From Entomortierella parvispora E1425 (taxonomy: Eukaryota; Fungi; Mortierellomycota), in assembly GCA_020891255.1 (NCBI GenBank), contig BQFW01000002.1:1178001-1242000 (forward strand): DNA of 64,000 bases, written 5' to 3'. The position numbers and the translations under genes are program-made. Below are positions 49,209 to 62,925 of this stretch, one piece after another. The first letter of the stretch is position 1. Each line of letters begins with the position of its first letter. The notes beneath the pieces were generated by a model that ran no database searches, was not told the origin of the DNA, and saw only the letters and a program-made list of their open reading frames with translations.

Positions 49209-49218
49209 GTCACGTGAC
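49209..49218. promoter_or_regulatory. Perfect palindromic E-box GTCACGTGAC (Cbf1 CDEI / CLEAR consensus)
   Basis: Lies midway in the 391-bp divergent promoter of cystinosin and the DnaJ gene. Confidence 0.55.
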
Positions 49219-49411
49219 TGGTCCGTCCTACCCTGTTGATTAAGGGGTCACACGTCGCCGATGCTCACTCGGCGCGCTCCTTTGTTCCCTGGAGAGAGTG
49301 TCAGAGCACCCAAACTCAAATAAGGGGTCTCTGACTTTGGGATCCCATCATCTCATTTCTTCATTCCATCCATCCCCCTTTCCCCTTCCCCTTTCCTCGC
49401 TCAGTATCAAA

Positions 49412-50700
49412 ATGCGTTGGAACCTGGCCTTGCTGATGATCCTGGCCATGCTGGCCCTGGCCCGCCAAGTGGCCGCTTGGGAAGAAGGTAACAGCTCACG
49501 CCCCTCTTCTTCGCACCCCCTCTTTATGACTCTCGCCCCCTGATCAACCTGGAATCGAATGACTGACCCATCTTCTGACCCATCTAGGTGACTTTGAGAT
49601 CTTTGATCTTGTCGATGCCCTCGAGGCCGCCGAAGGCTCGGATGTCAACTTTTATTCCTGGATGGGTGTGACACAAAAGTCAAAGCTGCCCGAGATTGAA
49701 AGGGCATTCCGCAAAAAGTCGCGTTCCCTCCAGTAAGATACCTCTTTTGCCGCCCTCTGCTTGTCCTCTGCTACCGCTCTGCCTCCTCTCTATTCTGCTT
49801 GACCCGCTCTATCTAACAATCAACCCATTGTCTTTCTTTTCTTTGCACTGAAAAAACATCAGCCCTGACAAGAACAAGGGACCCAAGGCTCAGGAAAAGT
49901 ATGCTCGCCTTTCTAGCATCATTACCATTCTCAGAAACGACGCCAAGCGTGAACGCTACAACTTCTTCCTCAAGAACGGTGTCCCCCGCTGGCGTGGATC
50001 GGCTTACTTGTACAGACGCCACCGTCCCGGCTTCAAGGCCGTGGTGGTCTTCTTGGTCGTCTTGGTCTCTGGATTCCAGTACTTGGCTCGCTATGTCTCC
50101 TATATTCAGGAAAAGAAGAGAATGTCTGGCATGATTGAACAGTACAAGGAAATGTTGAGAGAAAAGCACCAAAAGATCTTGGAAGGCCCCATCACTGGCC
50201 GTCAGCGTCGTTCTGGGGCTGCACCCGAGGCTGTCACCCCTCTGGAGGAAGGACCCATGTACGCCGTCAACCAGTATGGCGAGGAGATTGAATTGACCTT
50301 GGACAACATTAACCCTCCCAAGGTCAAGGATGTTGTCATTGCCCGCTTGCCCTTCTGGACCGTCAAGGTTTTGTTGAAGGTTTTCCCCAAGGGAGTTCAG
50401 GAGAGCGTGCTTGCCATGGACATCTTTGAGAGCATCCGTCCCCGCGATGAGGAGGCCGAGGCCGATGCCAAGAAGAAGATCCGCAAGGCCGAGTTGGCCA
50501 AGAAGAGAGCTGCCAAGAAGGCTGCTCAGCAGAAGCAGTCGTCGCCCGATGTCAGCGATGACGAGATCTTGTACTCTTCTGAGGACGATGACGACAAGCT
50601 TGCTCAGCGCGCAAAAGAGGAGGAATTGGCTGCTGCCAGGAGACGCCGTCGCATGAAGGCTCCTGGTCAGGCTTCCCTCAAGGGAGGTCGCCGTGGATAA
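49412..50700 (+). CDS. ERJ5: ER membrane DnaJ co-chaperone, Erj5/DNAJC1-like
   Basis: Signal peptide, WEE|GDFEIFDLVDAL, the HPD motif formed across an intron, and RERYNFFLKNGVPRWRGSAYLYRRHRPG followed by a TM helix. Confidence 0.88.
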
Positions 50701-50799
50701 AGAAGTCAATGTTCACAATTAAAATATTCATGTTATTTACATAGAAAAATGTAACAGTCTTCAGGTCTTTAATATTCTTACAGCAGGGGTAGAAGGAAT

Positions 50800-53710
50800 C
50801 TAGAATTCATCGTTTCCTCTACGACGACCGCCAATGCCTCCTTTGGTCATAGCTGCCTCGTGATTCTTGAGCTCATTAGGGATGGTGGCAAGTGCTGACT
50901 TTGTCAAAAGTTGCTTAAGATCGTAGTAAACATCCGTATCGTAGGTAGACAGGAAGGTGACAGCGACTCCAGACTTTCCTGCACGACCTGTACGACCGAT
51001 ACGATGGGTGTAGTCCTCAATGTTCTTGGCCATGTCAAAGTTGATGACCAAGGAAACGTTTTGAACATCAATACCACGACCAGCGACATCGGTAGCGACA
51101 AGTACCTGACTGGCTCCGCTCTTGAGTTGTGAAAGAGCCAACTCACGCTGCTCCTGCGATTTGCCTCCGTGCAATGTTGTGGCTTTCAGTCCGCCACCAG
51201 AGCTGTTGATCAACTTTGCAAGCATATCGCAACTCTTCTTTTGATTGACAAAGACGATAATGGGTGCAGCAAACTCCTTGAGCAACTCCATCATCTTGTT
51301 CCTAAAAACGGAAAAGAGAAAAAGAAAAAGTAAAAAAAAAAAAAAAGTCAGTGAACGGCTCATGACTTCAAAAGCAAACCCAACATAAAAAAAGACATAC
51401 TTCTTCTTGTTCTCGTCCGTGATCATCTCCACCTTCTGATGGACAGTCTCGACGGCTTGACCAGCAGTACCGATGGTGACGACGGCAGGTCGTCTCAGAT
51501 AACGCTTCGCAAGTCTCTCCACAGCCGCTGGCATAGTAGCAGAGAACATAGTTGTCTGGCGATACTTTTTGCCCGATTCTTCGTCAATAGCCATAGTCAT
51601 CTTGGACGCATCCTCTGCCTCGTCCGAGTCGGGCTTCAAGTTGGATACAGGGAGGGCATCCAGAATGAAGTTGACATCAGTTTCGAAACCCATATCAATC
51701 ATCCTATCGGCCTCGTCCATGACAACATAGGTGCATTGGTTCAAGACCAAGATACGTCTTTCCAGACAATCCTTGAGACGACCGGGTGTTGCAATGATGA
51801 TCTCAGCTCCGTTTCTCATATTGAATGCCTGCTCCTCGACAGCGTGTCCTCCCACAATCGACACACAGTTGTAGCCCAGAGGCACTGCAAACTTGAGAGT
51901 CTCCTGCTCAATCTGCTGAGCCAATTCACGGGTAGGGGCCAAGATCAAGGCATAGGGACCATGGACCATGTTTTGTTCGTTCAGCTTTGGCAGCTCGGAG
52001 ATGAACTGAAGCATAGGAATCAAGAACGAGGCCGTCTTACCAGAACCAGTTTCTGCAATACCAATAATATCACGGTTCTGCAATCCAATAGGAATAGCCT
52101 GTCTCTGAATAGCCGAGGGATCCTTGTATCCAACCTTTGCAATGACAGCAAGGACTTTGGGGTCGAGTCCGGACTCACTCCAGTAACGAATGGGGTTAGG
52201 TATGCTTCCACCTAGAATAGAAAGAGTAAAAAAATGACAATGTCAGACAATGATGCTTTGACTCTTGGAATCATAGGATAGCGAATGAATTCTTTCCAAC
52301 ACAGTACCTTTGCATGAGATACTGAAGTCCTCCTTGAAAATACGCCAGTCGCGCTCCCTCATCTGGTCCAATGGCTTGTCGCTCCAGTGGCGATCTGCGT
52401 AGTTGATCTTTCTCTCCTTTCGTGCTGCAATATCACCCAGCTCACTAAGTGCATCGAAAAGATAGTGGAAGCGTTAGTACAGAGAGAGACATATTACATC
52501 AACGGTATAGAGCTCAGGAGCAAGACACATACCCTGCACGAGCCACCTCTGCATCCGATCGACGAGTTGTGAGGAGCTTGTCATAGAATTGATCACGGCT
52601 CTTGTGGTCCTTGAGGTCAATTCCTGCGAAATGCCCACGTCCAAAGAGTTGAGCACTGTGGCGGTGAGAGTAGATGGGATTGAGGTCGCGCGAGGTGTCG
52701 TCATCTGCGTTCCAATCAAAGACAAACTTTTTGTCGTTTCGTTTGCGGACCTTACGCTCCTTGTCTTCCAGTCCCATGTAATGTTTCTGTAGTAGGGATC
52801 AAAACAATAAGTTTAGAACGATGCATTTAGGAATATAGACATTTAAGGAGGGTCGGTATATATCCAAAGATCATTACCTTGACCGCTTCTATTTCTTTTT
52901 CTGCAAGGACAATGCCCGAGGGTCCCTTTGATTCTTCGCGTGAGTCACCATTGCTCCTTCCAGCTTTTGCTCGATCCATGCGATCGCGAGCATTGATGCG
53001 ACTGTCGTATCCATATCGGTTATTGTCGTGAATCTCCTGTCTAGCTTTGGCATCGAATTCTGCTCGCTGCTGACGCTCCTGCTCCTGGATCTTCCTCTGA
53101 GCCTCTACCTCCTTTGCACGCTTTTCCATGGCAATCTCTGCCCTTTGTTCCTTGGTCAAGAATTTTGGCTATCATGGTGATGAGAAATGAATAAACTGTC
53201 AGCAATCTGAGATGAAATCTCCTGACATCACATTAAAAAAAATGGACATTTCCAGAACAATCACAATACCTTCTCAAGGGCCAGCTTCTCTTGTTCTTTT
53301 TGTTTGATGAGCTCCTCGATAGAGATTGGCACCTTTCTTGCAGCAGGCGCGGGACTCTGATCTACATCCATGGCTGTGTCCTGGTGACCATCGAGTTTTG
53401 AGGACGACTCTGATCTATCCCCGGCCCTGTCGTCTCTTGAGTATCGCGAGTCTCTATAGGAATCCCTTCCCCCTCGGTCGTCCCTGGAGTCTCTGCCGCC
53501 ACGGTAATCGCGGCTGTCTCTGCTGTCCCTTGAGTCACGACCACCATCGCGACCATCACGGCTGTCGCGATAGTCTCGATCGTTGCCTCTGTAACGGCCA
53601 GTGTCTCGACGGTTCCGGTCAGGACTCCTGCTCCTGCTCCTATCCCTGTATCCACCTCCGCCAGGAGGTCCTCCTGGCCCGCGTCTATAATCGCTCTGTC
53701 TGCCGGACAT
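50800..53710 (-). CDS. PRP28: DEAD-box splicing helicase Prp28/DDX23
   Basis: RD/RS-rich N-terminus, [39 protein letters not shown] and [10 protein letters not shown]; about 7 exons. Confidence 0.97.
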
Positions 53711-54085
53711 TGATGGCTGGCTGTGTGTGTGAGTGTGTGAGTACGTGTGGGTGCAAATGAATGAATGAATGAATGAAAGCAAGCTGATGGAACAATTGAC
53801 GTTCCTTGACTGGGCACAGCAGACAAGATCATTGCGCAAAAGGACAAGCCACCCAAAGAAATGGGGCCTTTGTTCATTCAACTTTTTCCTTTCTGGCGTT
53901 CTCGCTCTTTCCTCATCTCTCTCAATCACCCTCAATCCACCACTCCTCTCTCCTTCCGAATCAAGGATCGACAGCAGACTCTAGTGAACAGTTGCCAGCC
54001 AGGAATCCCATACAGGAACACCAGACGGGAACTACTCGGACCTATTCACCAACCGCACTCTCCACTGCGCTCAAGCGAAATCTAA

Positions 54086-56968
54086 ATGTCATACAAACGA
54101 AAGGCCGAGTTGCCCATTGGTGACAAGAATGATCTCATGGAGGTGACTCCCTTGGGGGCTGGAAGTGAGGTTGGAAGGTCCTGCCACGTCCTCAAGTACA
54201 AGAACAAGACAGTTTTGGTACCTATACACTTCATGACCCTCTCTAACACTTTGAATAAAAATACCCATGTTTTTCTTCGATCAGAAACACCATTATCAGC
54301 AGCATCATCCTGACCGTTTTTATTATTTCTTGTTTACAATATTCCTCAGCTGGATTGTGGTATCCACCCTGGTCAAAGCGGCATCTCCGGACTTCCCTTC
54401 TTTGATGAAGTTGATCCCGCCACAATCGATGTGCTCCTTATCACTCAGTATGTTTTAATTTGCCCGGTATCGGTCGCGCCTCCTTGCCTATGAAGAGAGA
54501 TCAAAATAGAAAAATCTAACCCATCCTTAATCATTGAATGATAGTTTCCATTTGGATCATGCTGCTGGACTCCCTTATTTTACAGAACGAGTATGGCATC
54601 AGTGGATACAGACATTATCGCTTGAATGGGAACACAATTGCAATCGTTTGTTGACTGATCTCTGCAATAACTCGGCTTTTTAGACCTCTTTCAAAGGCCG
54701 TATCTTCATGACACATCCCACAAAGGCCATTTTCAAGTGGCTGTTGTCGGATTACGTTAAAGTCAGGTACGGCGACAGGATCGTCACTACTAAGCGGGCT
54801 AACTAGCATGGACCTCATAACTAATATTGTCACTCTCACCTTTAGTAACGTCGGGGCAAATGAGATGTTGTATGATGAGAGTCAGTTGGCTGCCTGTTAT
54901 GAAAAGATTGAAACTGTGGACTACCATCAAGAGATGAACGTCGACGGAATCAAATTTACGGGATACAATGCCGGACACGTTCTTGGAGCTGCAATGTTTT
55001 TGATTGAAATTGCCGGTATTAAGGTACATATTCTCCGGAACGCACTTTTATAAAGAATGATGGTTGGCTCAACTCTTGAATCTTGGTCAGGAAACTAACA
55101 CATAGTGATGATAAATAGATCCTGTATACTGGCGATTATTCTCGCGAGGAAGATCGGCATTTGATGGCAGCAGAAAAACCCGCCAATGTTCAGACTGATG
55201 TTTTGATTTGCGAATCAACCTACGGTGTTCAAAGTCACGAGCCTCGAATCGACCGTGAACGTCGCTTCACCAACACAGTCCACGACATTGTACAAAGAGG
55301 AGGCAGATGCCTTTTGCCTGTCTTTGCCTTGGGCCAGGCTCAGGAGCTATTGCTGATGCTGGACGAGTACTGGGCTGCGCATCCAGAACTGGAGTCAATC
55401 CCCGTCTACTATGCATCCTCACTGGCCAAGAAGTGCATGACAGTGTACCAAACCTATATCAACATGATGAATGCCAAGATCCGCAAACAGTTTGCAGTTT
55501 CCAACCCCTTTGTTTTCAAGCACATTTCACATCTCAAGAACATGGACATGTTTGACGATACAGGACCCTGCGTTATGATGGCCAGTCCAGGAATGCTCCA
55601 GAATGGTCTTTCGCGTGAGCTGTTTGAGCGCTGGTGCACAGATAAGAAGAACGGGCTGTTGATCACTGGATACTGTGTCGAGAATACCTTGGCGAAGGAT
55701 GTAATGAACGAGCCAGAGGAAATCCAGACGATGAACGGATCCAGATTGAAGCTGCGCATGTCTGTGGACTATATTTCCTTCTCGGCCCATGTGGACTACA
55801 CTCAGAACAGTGCCTTTATCGACGAGGTTAAAGCCCCATACTTGGTAAGAAACGAGCGATTTCGTAAAATGACATATGTGCCAACAAAGTACTGATAGAA
55901 CTATCTCTCCTCGACTTTTGTTACAGATCCTGGTCCACGGAGAGACGAACGCCATGGGAAGACTGAAGAGTGCCTTGATGAGCAAGTACTCTGAGAGAGA
56001 CGAAGAGATTCATATTTTCACACCAAGGAATACAGAGACCGTCAAGCTTTACTTCCGAGGAGAGAAGTTGGCCAAGGTAAACTCCATTGACGTTTAGAAT
56101 CCTCGCCCGACTCGCTGCAAAACTACGGTAACCTGGTAAACTGATCCATACTTTATTTTAGACCATTGGCCAGATGGCTGCCACATTCCCTGAAAAGGAT
56201 AACTTGGTCTCTGGAGTTTTGGTCGTCAAGGATTTCCAGTACACAATCATGGACACAGCAGATCTGGAAGAGTTTGCTGGACTCCAAACGACCTCAGTGG
56301 TGCAAAGACAGGTCGTACCGTACCACGCATCCTTCAGTCTCCTGAAATACCACTTGAAGCAAATGTTTGGCAAGATTCAGGAGATGGAACGCGACCATGA
56401 GAAGCAGGAGACCGTTAGGGTATGCTTTTATCTCTCCTTACTAGTATTAGTTCAACCTCTGCAGAAACTGACCTTCGCTTATACCCTTCCCAAATAGATC
56501 TTTGATACTGTCGATGTCAAGGACAATGGCGCAAACAGTGTCATCCTGGAATGGACTGGCAACTCTGTTAACGACATGGTGGCCGACTCTGTGCTGGCCG
56601 TTATCCTCAACATTGAATCCAGTCCTGCCTCTGTAAAGCTCACAAAGTCAGATCATACACATTCGCATGCACATGGAAAGCCTCATAGTCATGGCGAGGG
56701 GTCCTCCTCAGCAGCAGGTGGGGAAGGGATCTCTTTGGTAGAGAGACAGCCCGAGGACGAGTTCCAGGACTTGGTCATGTTCTTTGCCAGTCAGTTTGGA
56801 TCAGAGAATGTGACGCAAAACGACAAGACAAAAACCGTGGAGCTGATGATGGACGGAGTTCGAGCCACAATTGACTGCGTGGACTTTACTGTCAAGTGTG
56901 AGGCAGATGCTTTGCGCCATCGTGCACAGAACGTACTGGAGCGCGCTGTGCGGACGTGTGTGCACTGA
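54086..56968 (+). CDS. YSH1: CPSF73/Ysh1 pre-mRNA 3'-end endonuclease
   Basis: [27 protein letters not shown] (spliced), ESTYG, PVFALGRAQ-like [28 protein letters not shown] and C-terminal [16 protein letters not shown]. Confidence 0.97.
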
Positions 56969-57242
56969 TCGGTGAGGACCATGGCTATTACGTTTACTCT
57001 CTTGTCCCCTTTCAGAAATAAATATATAAGAAAAATAACCGTTCCGTGCAGGCGCGACAAGGGACGCGACCGACCCCCTTTGCGTTGGTGCTTGGAAGAA
57101 TAAAATGTCGTTGACCGCTCAGTAACTTCTTTGCTTCTCTTCTTCTCTCTTTACCTTTCACACGCCCCACTCCCTCCCACCTACTCTTTCTCCCACACAA
57201 ACCTACCCTCTCTCACACCCTTCGACTCAACCATAACCAACC

Positions 57243-59211
57243 ATGCGTGAGATCATTTCCCTCCACATCGGACAAGTATGAAAAACACATCTTGTACCAC
57301 CTTTCCTTTCACTTTCAAACTTGAACCTGTATTCACATTTTTTTGTCCTACCACATCCGCTTTGGAAAAAACAGGCAGGTATCCAAATCGGCAACACCTG
57401 CTGGGAGCTGTATTGCCTGGAGGTAAAAACACATCTCTTGCTCGTACTTCAATTGCCTGTTAGTTTGAAGCATTGTCGTTCTGAAGACACCATTCCTGAC
57501 CAGCTGCATTGCACTTCTCACTCTAGCACGGAATTTCACCTTCGGGTCAATTGTAAGGCAACCACGTCCTAACAGAAAAAAAAAAAAAAAAAAAAAGATA
57601 TCTCTGGAACCCCACCACGACTTTATCTGGAGAGAATCGCTGTTTGACGCAGTCTTTGCTCTTTCGCCCCTCTCTCTCTCTCTCCCACCCCCCTCTTCTG
57701 CTACGCTTAGGGAAGGAAAAGTGGGCGATGGAGAGTACAACTCCACCTTCTTCTCTGAGACGGGCAAAGGCAAGTTTGTTCCTCGCGCTGGTAAGTTTTT
57801 TGTTTTAACTGCCCGTTACTGCTTTGGGTGGGGAGAAAACAACACCGCATGCATTGTCTAGGTGAGGAGGGAAGAGCGCTGCATGTTCAAAAACATACAG
57901 AAAGCAAACAACCCTTTCTTTCTCGCTTTCCCCCCTTGGACTTTCAAAATCAGGGGAGTCAGAAAAATCTTTGAAAGGAAGCAACTGAAGAAAGCCCCTT
58001 CCTTTTTTTTTTTTTTTTGTTCATGTTCGCTACTGGATTGGGGATTGAAAACCACAGTCATGATCGACCTTGAGCCGGCGGTAGTCAATGACGTCCGTAC
58101 AGGCAGATACAAGGAGCTGTTCCATCCTGAGGATCTGATCTCTGGCCGCGAGGATGCCGCCAACAACTATGCAAGAGGTCATTACACCATCGGCAAGAAC
58201 ATGGAGGACCAGGTCATGGATCGGATCCGCAAGGTGGCCGACAACTGCAGTGGCCTTCAGGGTTTCATGATCTTCCAGTCCTTTGGTGGAGGCACCGGTT
58301 CCGGTCTCGGTGCCTTGTTGTTGGAACGGTTGTCCCAGGAGTTTGGCAAGAAGTCAAGGCTCCAGTTTGCAGTCTACCCTGCACCAGAAATGTCCTCTTC
58401 TGTCGTGGAGCCCTACAACTCTGTCCTGACTACTCACGCAACGTTGGACTTGGCCGACTGCACGTTCATGGTCGATAACGAGGCCATCTACGACATCTGC
58501 CGCAAGAGTCTCGGAGTGGAGCGCCCCACCAACAACCACTTGAACGGCTTGATTGCACAGGTCGTCTCTTCCATCACGGCCTCTCTCCGGTTTTCGGGAT
58601 CCTTGAACGTGGACCTGAACGAGTTCCAGACCAACTTGGTGCCTTATCCCCGCATCCATTTCCCTTTGATCTCGTACGCTCCCATCTTGTCCAACAAGAA
58701 GGCATTGCATGAACAATCGTCCGTCGCCGAGATCACGTCCGCTTGCTTTGAGAGCACCAGTCAGATGGTCAAGTGCGATCCACGGAAGGGCAAGTACATG
58801 GCCTGCTGCCTCTTGTACCGAGGTGATGTCATGGCCAACGATGTCACGACCGCCATTGCCATGGCCAAGAAAAAGGCCACGATTCAATTTGTGGACTGGT
58901 GTCCAACAGGATTCAAGGTGGGCATCAACAACGAAAAGGCCACGGTCGTGCCCGGAAGCGAAACCGCTGCTGCTACGCGATCCGTCTGCATGCTGTCCAA
59001 CACTACCTCTATTGCGGATGCCTGGAATCGCTTGGACCACAAGTTTGATCTGATGTACGCCAAGCGCGCGTTCGTCCATTGGTACGTCGGCGAAGGTATG
59101 GAGGAGGGCGAGTTCTCGGAGGCGCGGGAGGACCTGGCGGCTTTGGAGAAGGACTACATGGAGGTCGCAGCCGATGGTGCTGCGGACGACGTCGAGGAGG
59201 AGGAATACTAG
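57243..59211 (+). CDS. TUBA: Alpha-tubulin, divergent paralog
   Basis: [11 protein letters not shown]|[15 protein letters not shown]|[41 protein letters not shown] and C-terminal EEEEY; five exons. Confidence 0.95.
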
Positions 59212-59322
59212 GCTTTAGAAGAAAGTATGAAATAGAGAGTCGCGTTTTTAGAAATAAGTGTTTTTATTACAAATATTCTCTAAGACTTCTTTATGATTGA
59301 CGCGCCGATATTGTAGTAGAAT

Positions 59323-61230
59323 CTATGAAAAGTATTGGACCTCCAAGCCAATGGATTTGACGATGGGAGCCTGAGAATGTGGGGAAAAGACATGGCCCAC
59401 AAAGCCCAGACTGAAGAGCAGCTTGTTGAACCGCCCCTCCCACATGATTGCCAAGCCAGACTGAACACCCAGTCGCGCCTTGATCACGCCGACAATCGGC
59501 TGCCTCTCTTCAATGTCTGTTGGTTCGACGTCGGTGGATCCTGGGACGAGATCGGGTACGCCAATCACTTTTGGGAAGGGATGGTCCTGTTCTACGGGCG
59601 CAGGTGCCGCCCTCCGCTCCCGAATCCACCACTCCACTCCGGCGGTCAGTTCGCTGTCGTAACTGTAGAGGTTAAAGTCGAATCGCGAACAAAGTCCAAG
59701 ATCCGGATGGACCTGAGCGGCGTAACTGCTGGATACATGACCCATGATCGGGTTCAGCGTCTGAGTGATTGTTACAGGGATATAGTTTTGATGGTGCTCA
59801 GGCGCTGTTGAGGTTGGATATAAAGGGGTCTTGGTATCTGAGCCCTCTGATGCGTCTGTTGATGCTGGAATAAGTGGTGGCAGAGTCCTGTATCTAAGTC
59901 CGGTAGAAACTACAGGGTGCAATTATAAACCATCATTGTGTTAGTCATGGACATCTCATCTCTGAAAAACAGTCAAAACATCAAAAAATTGCCTCTTGAG
60001 CTTTTACCTCCTCCTAGCTTTTCTGTCGCGCTGTAATAAACTTCTGCTCCGGCAGACCAGTAGCCACGAATTCTTTCTGAAGGGACGACCCATTCTTCTG
60101 TGGTATCTTGCAGCTTGTCCAAGTATCCTTGGTCTGTCTCCATGGCTAGAGTAGGCGCTTGGGCCATTAGAGGGTCGTCTCTTGATCTTTGCAAGCCAGA
60201 ATCAGACTCGCCACTTTCCTGCTCAAGCTCAATAAAGCTGCTGTCGGGATTATCCAGCAACACTGTCTCCTGACCATTTGCTTCAGAGCCTCTCTCCCTC
60301 AACATGCCTTGGTATGATTCATTAAAATCTCGCCCAAAGTTGTACAGTCCTCTGATGCCGATCAGTCCATCATCCGTGGTAAACGATACTTCCGCACAGT
60401 ACTTTCCTTTGTCGTATTGATACTGTGCAGAGAGCTAGAACGAAATAACGAAGGAAAAACAAGAAAATCCACATTGTCAACTCTTTGTGCAGCTAGTAGA
60501 GACGAACTCCTCCTTGAACTCGACTGCGACTAAATTGCCCCTTACGTGTGAAGCGCTCCTAGATGCTGGATCACTGATTCCCGAAATAACATATTGTTGG
60601 TGTTTTGAGATGCGACGGCTGTAAAGCGCCTCCAACCTTGCATTCGCAAGACTCATTCTGCCGCACAAAAGGTAGTCTAAAATGGAAATAACGACATACA
60701 TTAACACTCGTGAAAAAAACAACGACTCGGGGCTCAAAAAAAGAACGAAAGATATGATAAACAACTACCCTTTCGTTTCTTGCCGTCAAGACCGTACTCT
60801 GTCCATTGATCAGCCTCACGAATCGAATGATCTAAGCAAATGATACGGAATCGGTCTACCAAATGTCGAAAGCGAACCGATGAACTATCATCTATCCTCA
60901 AGGCTCTGGATGTGAACAGGTATCCGACGGATCCCTCGAGGATCGGCAAGGCATTCATGGTCGTTGTCGTTTTAAAAACATCACTTGGGAGTTTAGAAAG
61001 TCGAAGTGATAGTCCATTAGGAGCCTGAAAATCCAGCAGGGCTATCGGGACAAATGTGGAGAGTAAAACAACTGTGAGAGCTAGTTCCGACTAATATCTT
61101 CTTGTTCTTTCTCAGAAAAGACATGGATCTTACCTCGAGATGTGGCGCAAAGATGCGAGTACTGGTTATCTTCATTCCAGCCCGAGGCTCGATAGTACCG
61201 CCTGAGGCAGTACTCCATAAAGTCGTACAT
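59323..61230 (-). CDS. MDM10: Mitochondrial outer-membrane beta-barrel Mdm10
   Basis: MYDFMEYCLRRYYRASGWNEDNQYSHL, ALLDFQAPNGLSL, ARLEALYSRR, AEVYYSATEKLGG|..STGLRYRT and TLNPIMGHVSSSY..SRFDFNLYSYDSEL. Confidence 0.92.
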
Positions 61231-61576
61231 AGCGTGCGAAGCCAGGTCTAACAACGTTCCTCGTTATGGGAAAAATACAGAACAGGGGAAGGTGCTGAGG
61301 AGAGATCGAGGGTGAGGTGATGATGAATCGATCAAATCAGACAGAAGCCTAGTCAGGGTTGAGTGTCGAGGACTTTCGAAGAGATGCGGCCTTCAGGGGG
61401 TATAGATGGGATGGAACGAGGGAGGGCGAGTGGCAGAGAGAATGTGGAGATGTGAAGCAATGAGAGAGAAAGAGCATCTCGTTCTCATCGCTCTTTTGCA
61501 CGCGTTGAGACAGAAGGGACTGCTATTTTATTTGGGTGGAGTGTCACTTCGCGCGCGCGTGAAGGTCGCCAGGTGT

Positions 61577-62425
61577 TCATTTGGACTCGCTTGCCTTCTT
61601 CTCCGCGTTCGTCTTGTGGGCCAGACGGACAAACTTGGTATGGCGACCCAACGCAACGACCTTGTCTCCGACCTTAACCTCCACTGTCGTGTATGCAAGC
61701 GTGCCTCCGATCCTGTCGCAACGCGAGTCCTATTCGAAAGAACAGACGAAACAGTTATAGCCGATTGTCTTCTTGACCTCTCATATTTATATAGCCACTC
61801 CCATGTCTGCCGTACAATCGTCAATGTTTCACCAAGCTTAGCTCCAGAGACAAACGAAACGTTGAGGTCGGTCGAGACTCCAGTAGCAAACATATTTTCG
61901 GCTGCAATAGCAAGCGAACCGCCCACATCCACAATGGTACTCAAGAGACCTCCGTGACAACCCCCGAGTCGATTCTAATCAAGACAAGTGGCAAGTCTGT
62001 TAGTTGGGCCATTAAACAGTTCTTGAGCTAAAGCTAGGTGAAAGCACATGCGGAGAGTAACTCCTGCCCAGCGTAACTCCTGGTCCTCAATCTCACCAGA
62101 TGCTTTTGCTCCAGTGGCAATTCACAAATGATCCTGCCTTTGGACGCGGATACGAGCTTCAGCTATTGTAGTTAGAATATCAATAGCGGTTACATGAGCC
62201 GGGATAGAGATGAAAAGATCATAGATGATACACAACCCTCAAATAAAAACCGTACTCCGGACAGGGCTTGCGCATCGAATCCGCCACAGGACAAAAAGTT
62301 TGTCCTATCGAATGATAACGCGTTTACTTAGGGAAAGGATCGGTGCGATATCAGATCCAAGTGTTTACGCGATACCATGTACGGGTGACTTACCAGACCT
62401 TCTTGCAATGGTTGAGCATGGGCAT
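61577..62425 (-). CDS. ACOT13: Hotdog-fold acyl-CoA thioesterase, ACOT13/THEM2 (PaaI) family
   Basis: Spliced: GGFDAQALSG|LKLVSASKGRIICELPLEQKHL|NRLGGCHGGLLSTIVDVGGSLAI..GVSTDLNVSF..I|DSRCDRIGGTLAYTTVE..ALGRHTKF; five exons. Confidence 0.85.
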
Positions 62426-62925
62426 GGGTGAAGATTAGCTTTTTTTTTGATGAGTGAATGAATGAAAAGGAAGGAAGGAATGAAAGGATGAATGACGCCA
62501 AAGTGGATCGGGTAAAGTGAGCAAAATAAAGAACCGATAATGACAGATTCTTGGATCTCCATATCTTCTGTGTATGACGAGCGGAACCATCGAGGACGAC
62601 ATCCGGGGCCAGAAGGCGAGTCTAGGATGACCTGCCCCTCTTCCTAGCTCTGCGGTGGATCTCCTACCAGCCTGGCCTAGGAACGCGTCCATCGATCGAC
62701 TTTCCCTTCCCCGCAACTCCAAAAAAAACCCCCCCAGCGTGACGTGAGCGGGGGAGAGCAGCACCCCTTAACAGCCATCTCGAGGTGATCAGACCACAGT
62801 CATGATGTCGACAATGAGGGATGAATGCGTCGCGCTTACCTTGAATTAATTCGCCCCCGCTCGTACCTCTTCCCCCTTCTTCATCACATTCGCTACTCCC
62901 CCCTACTCACACACAACCCCACCCC

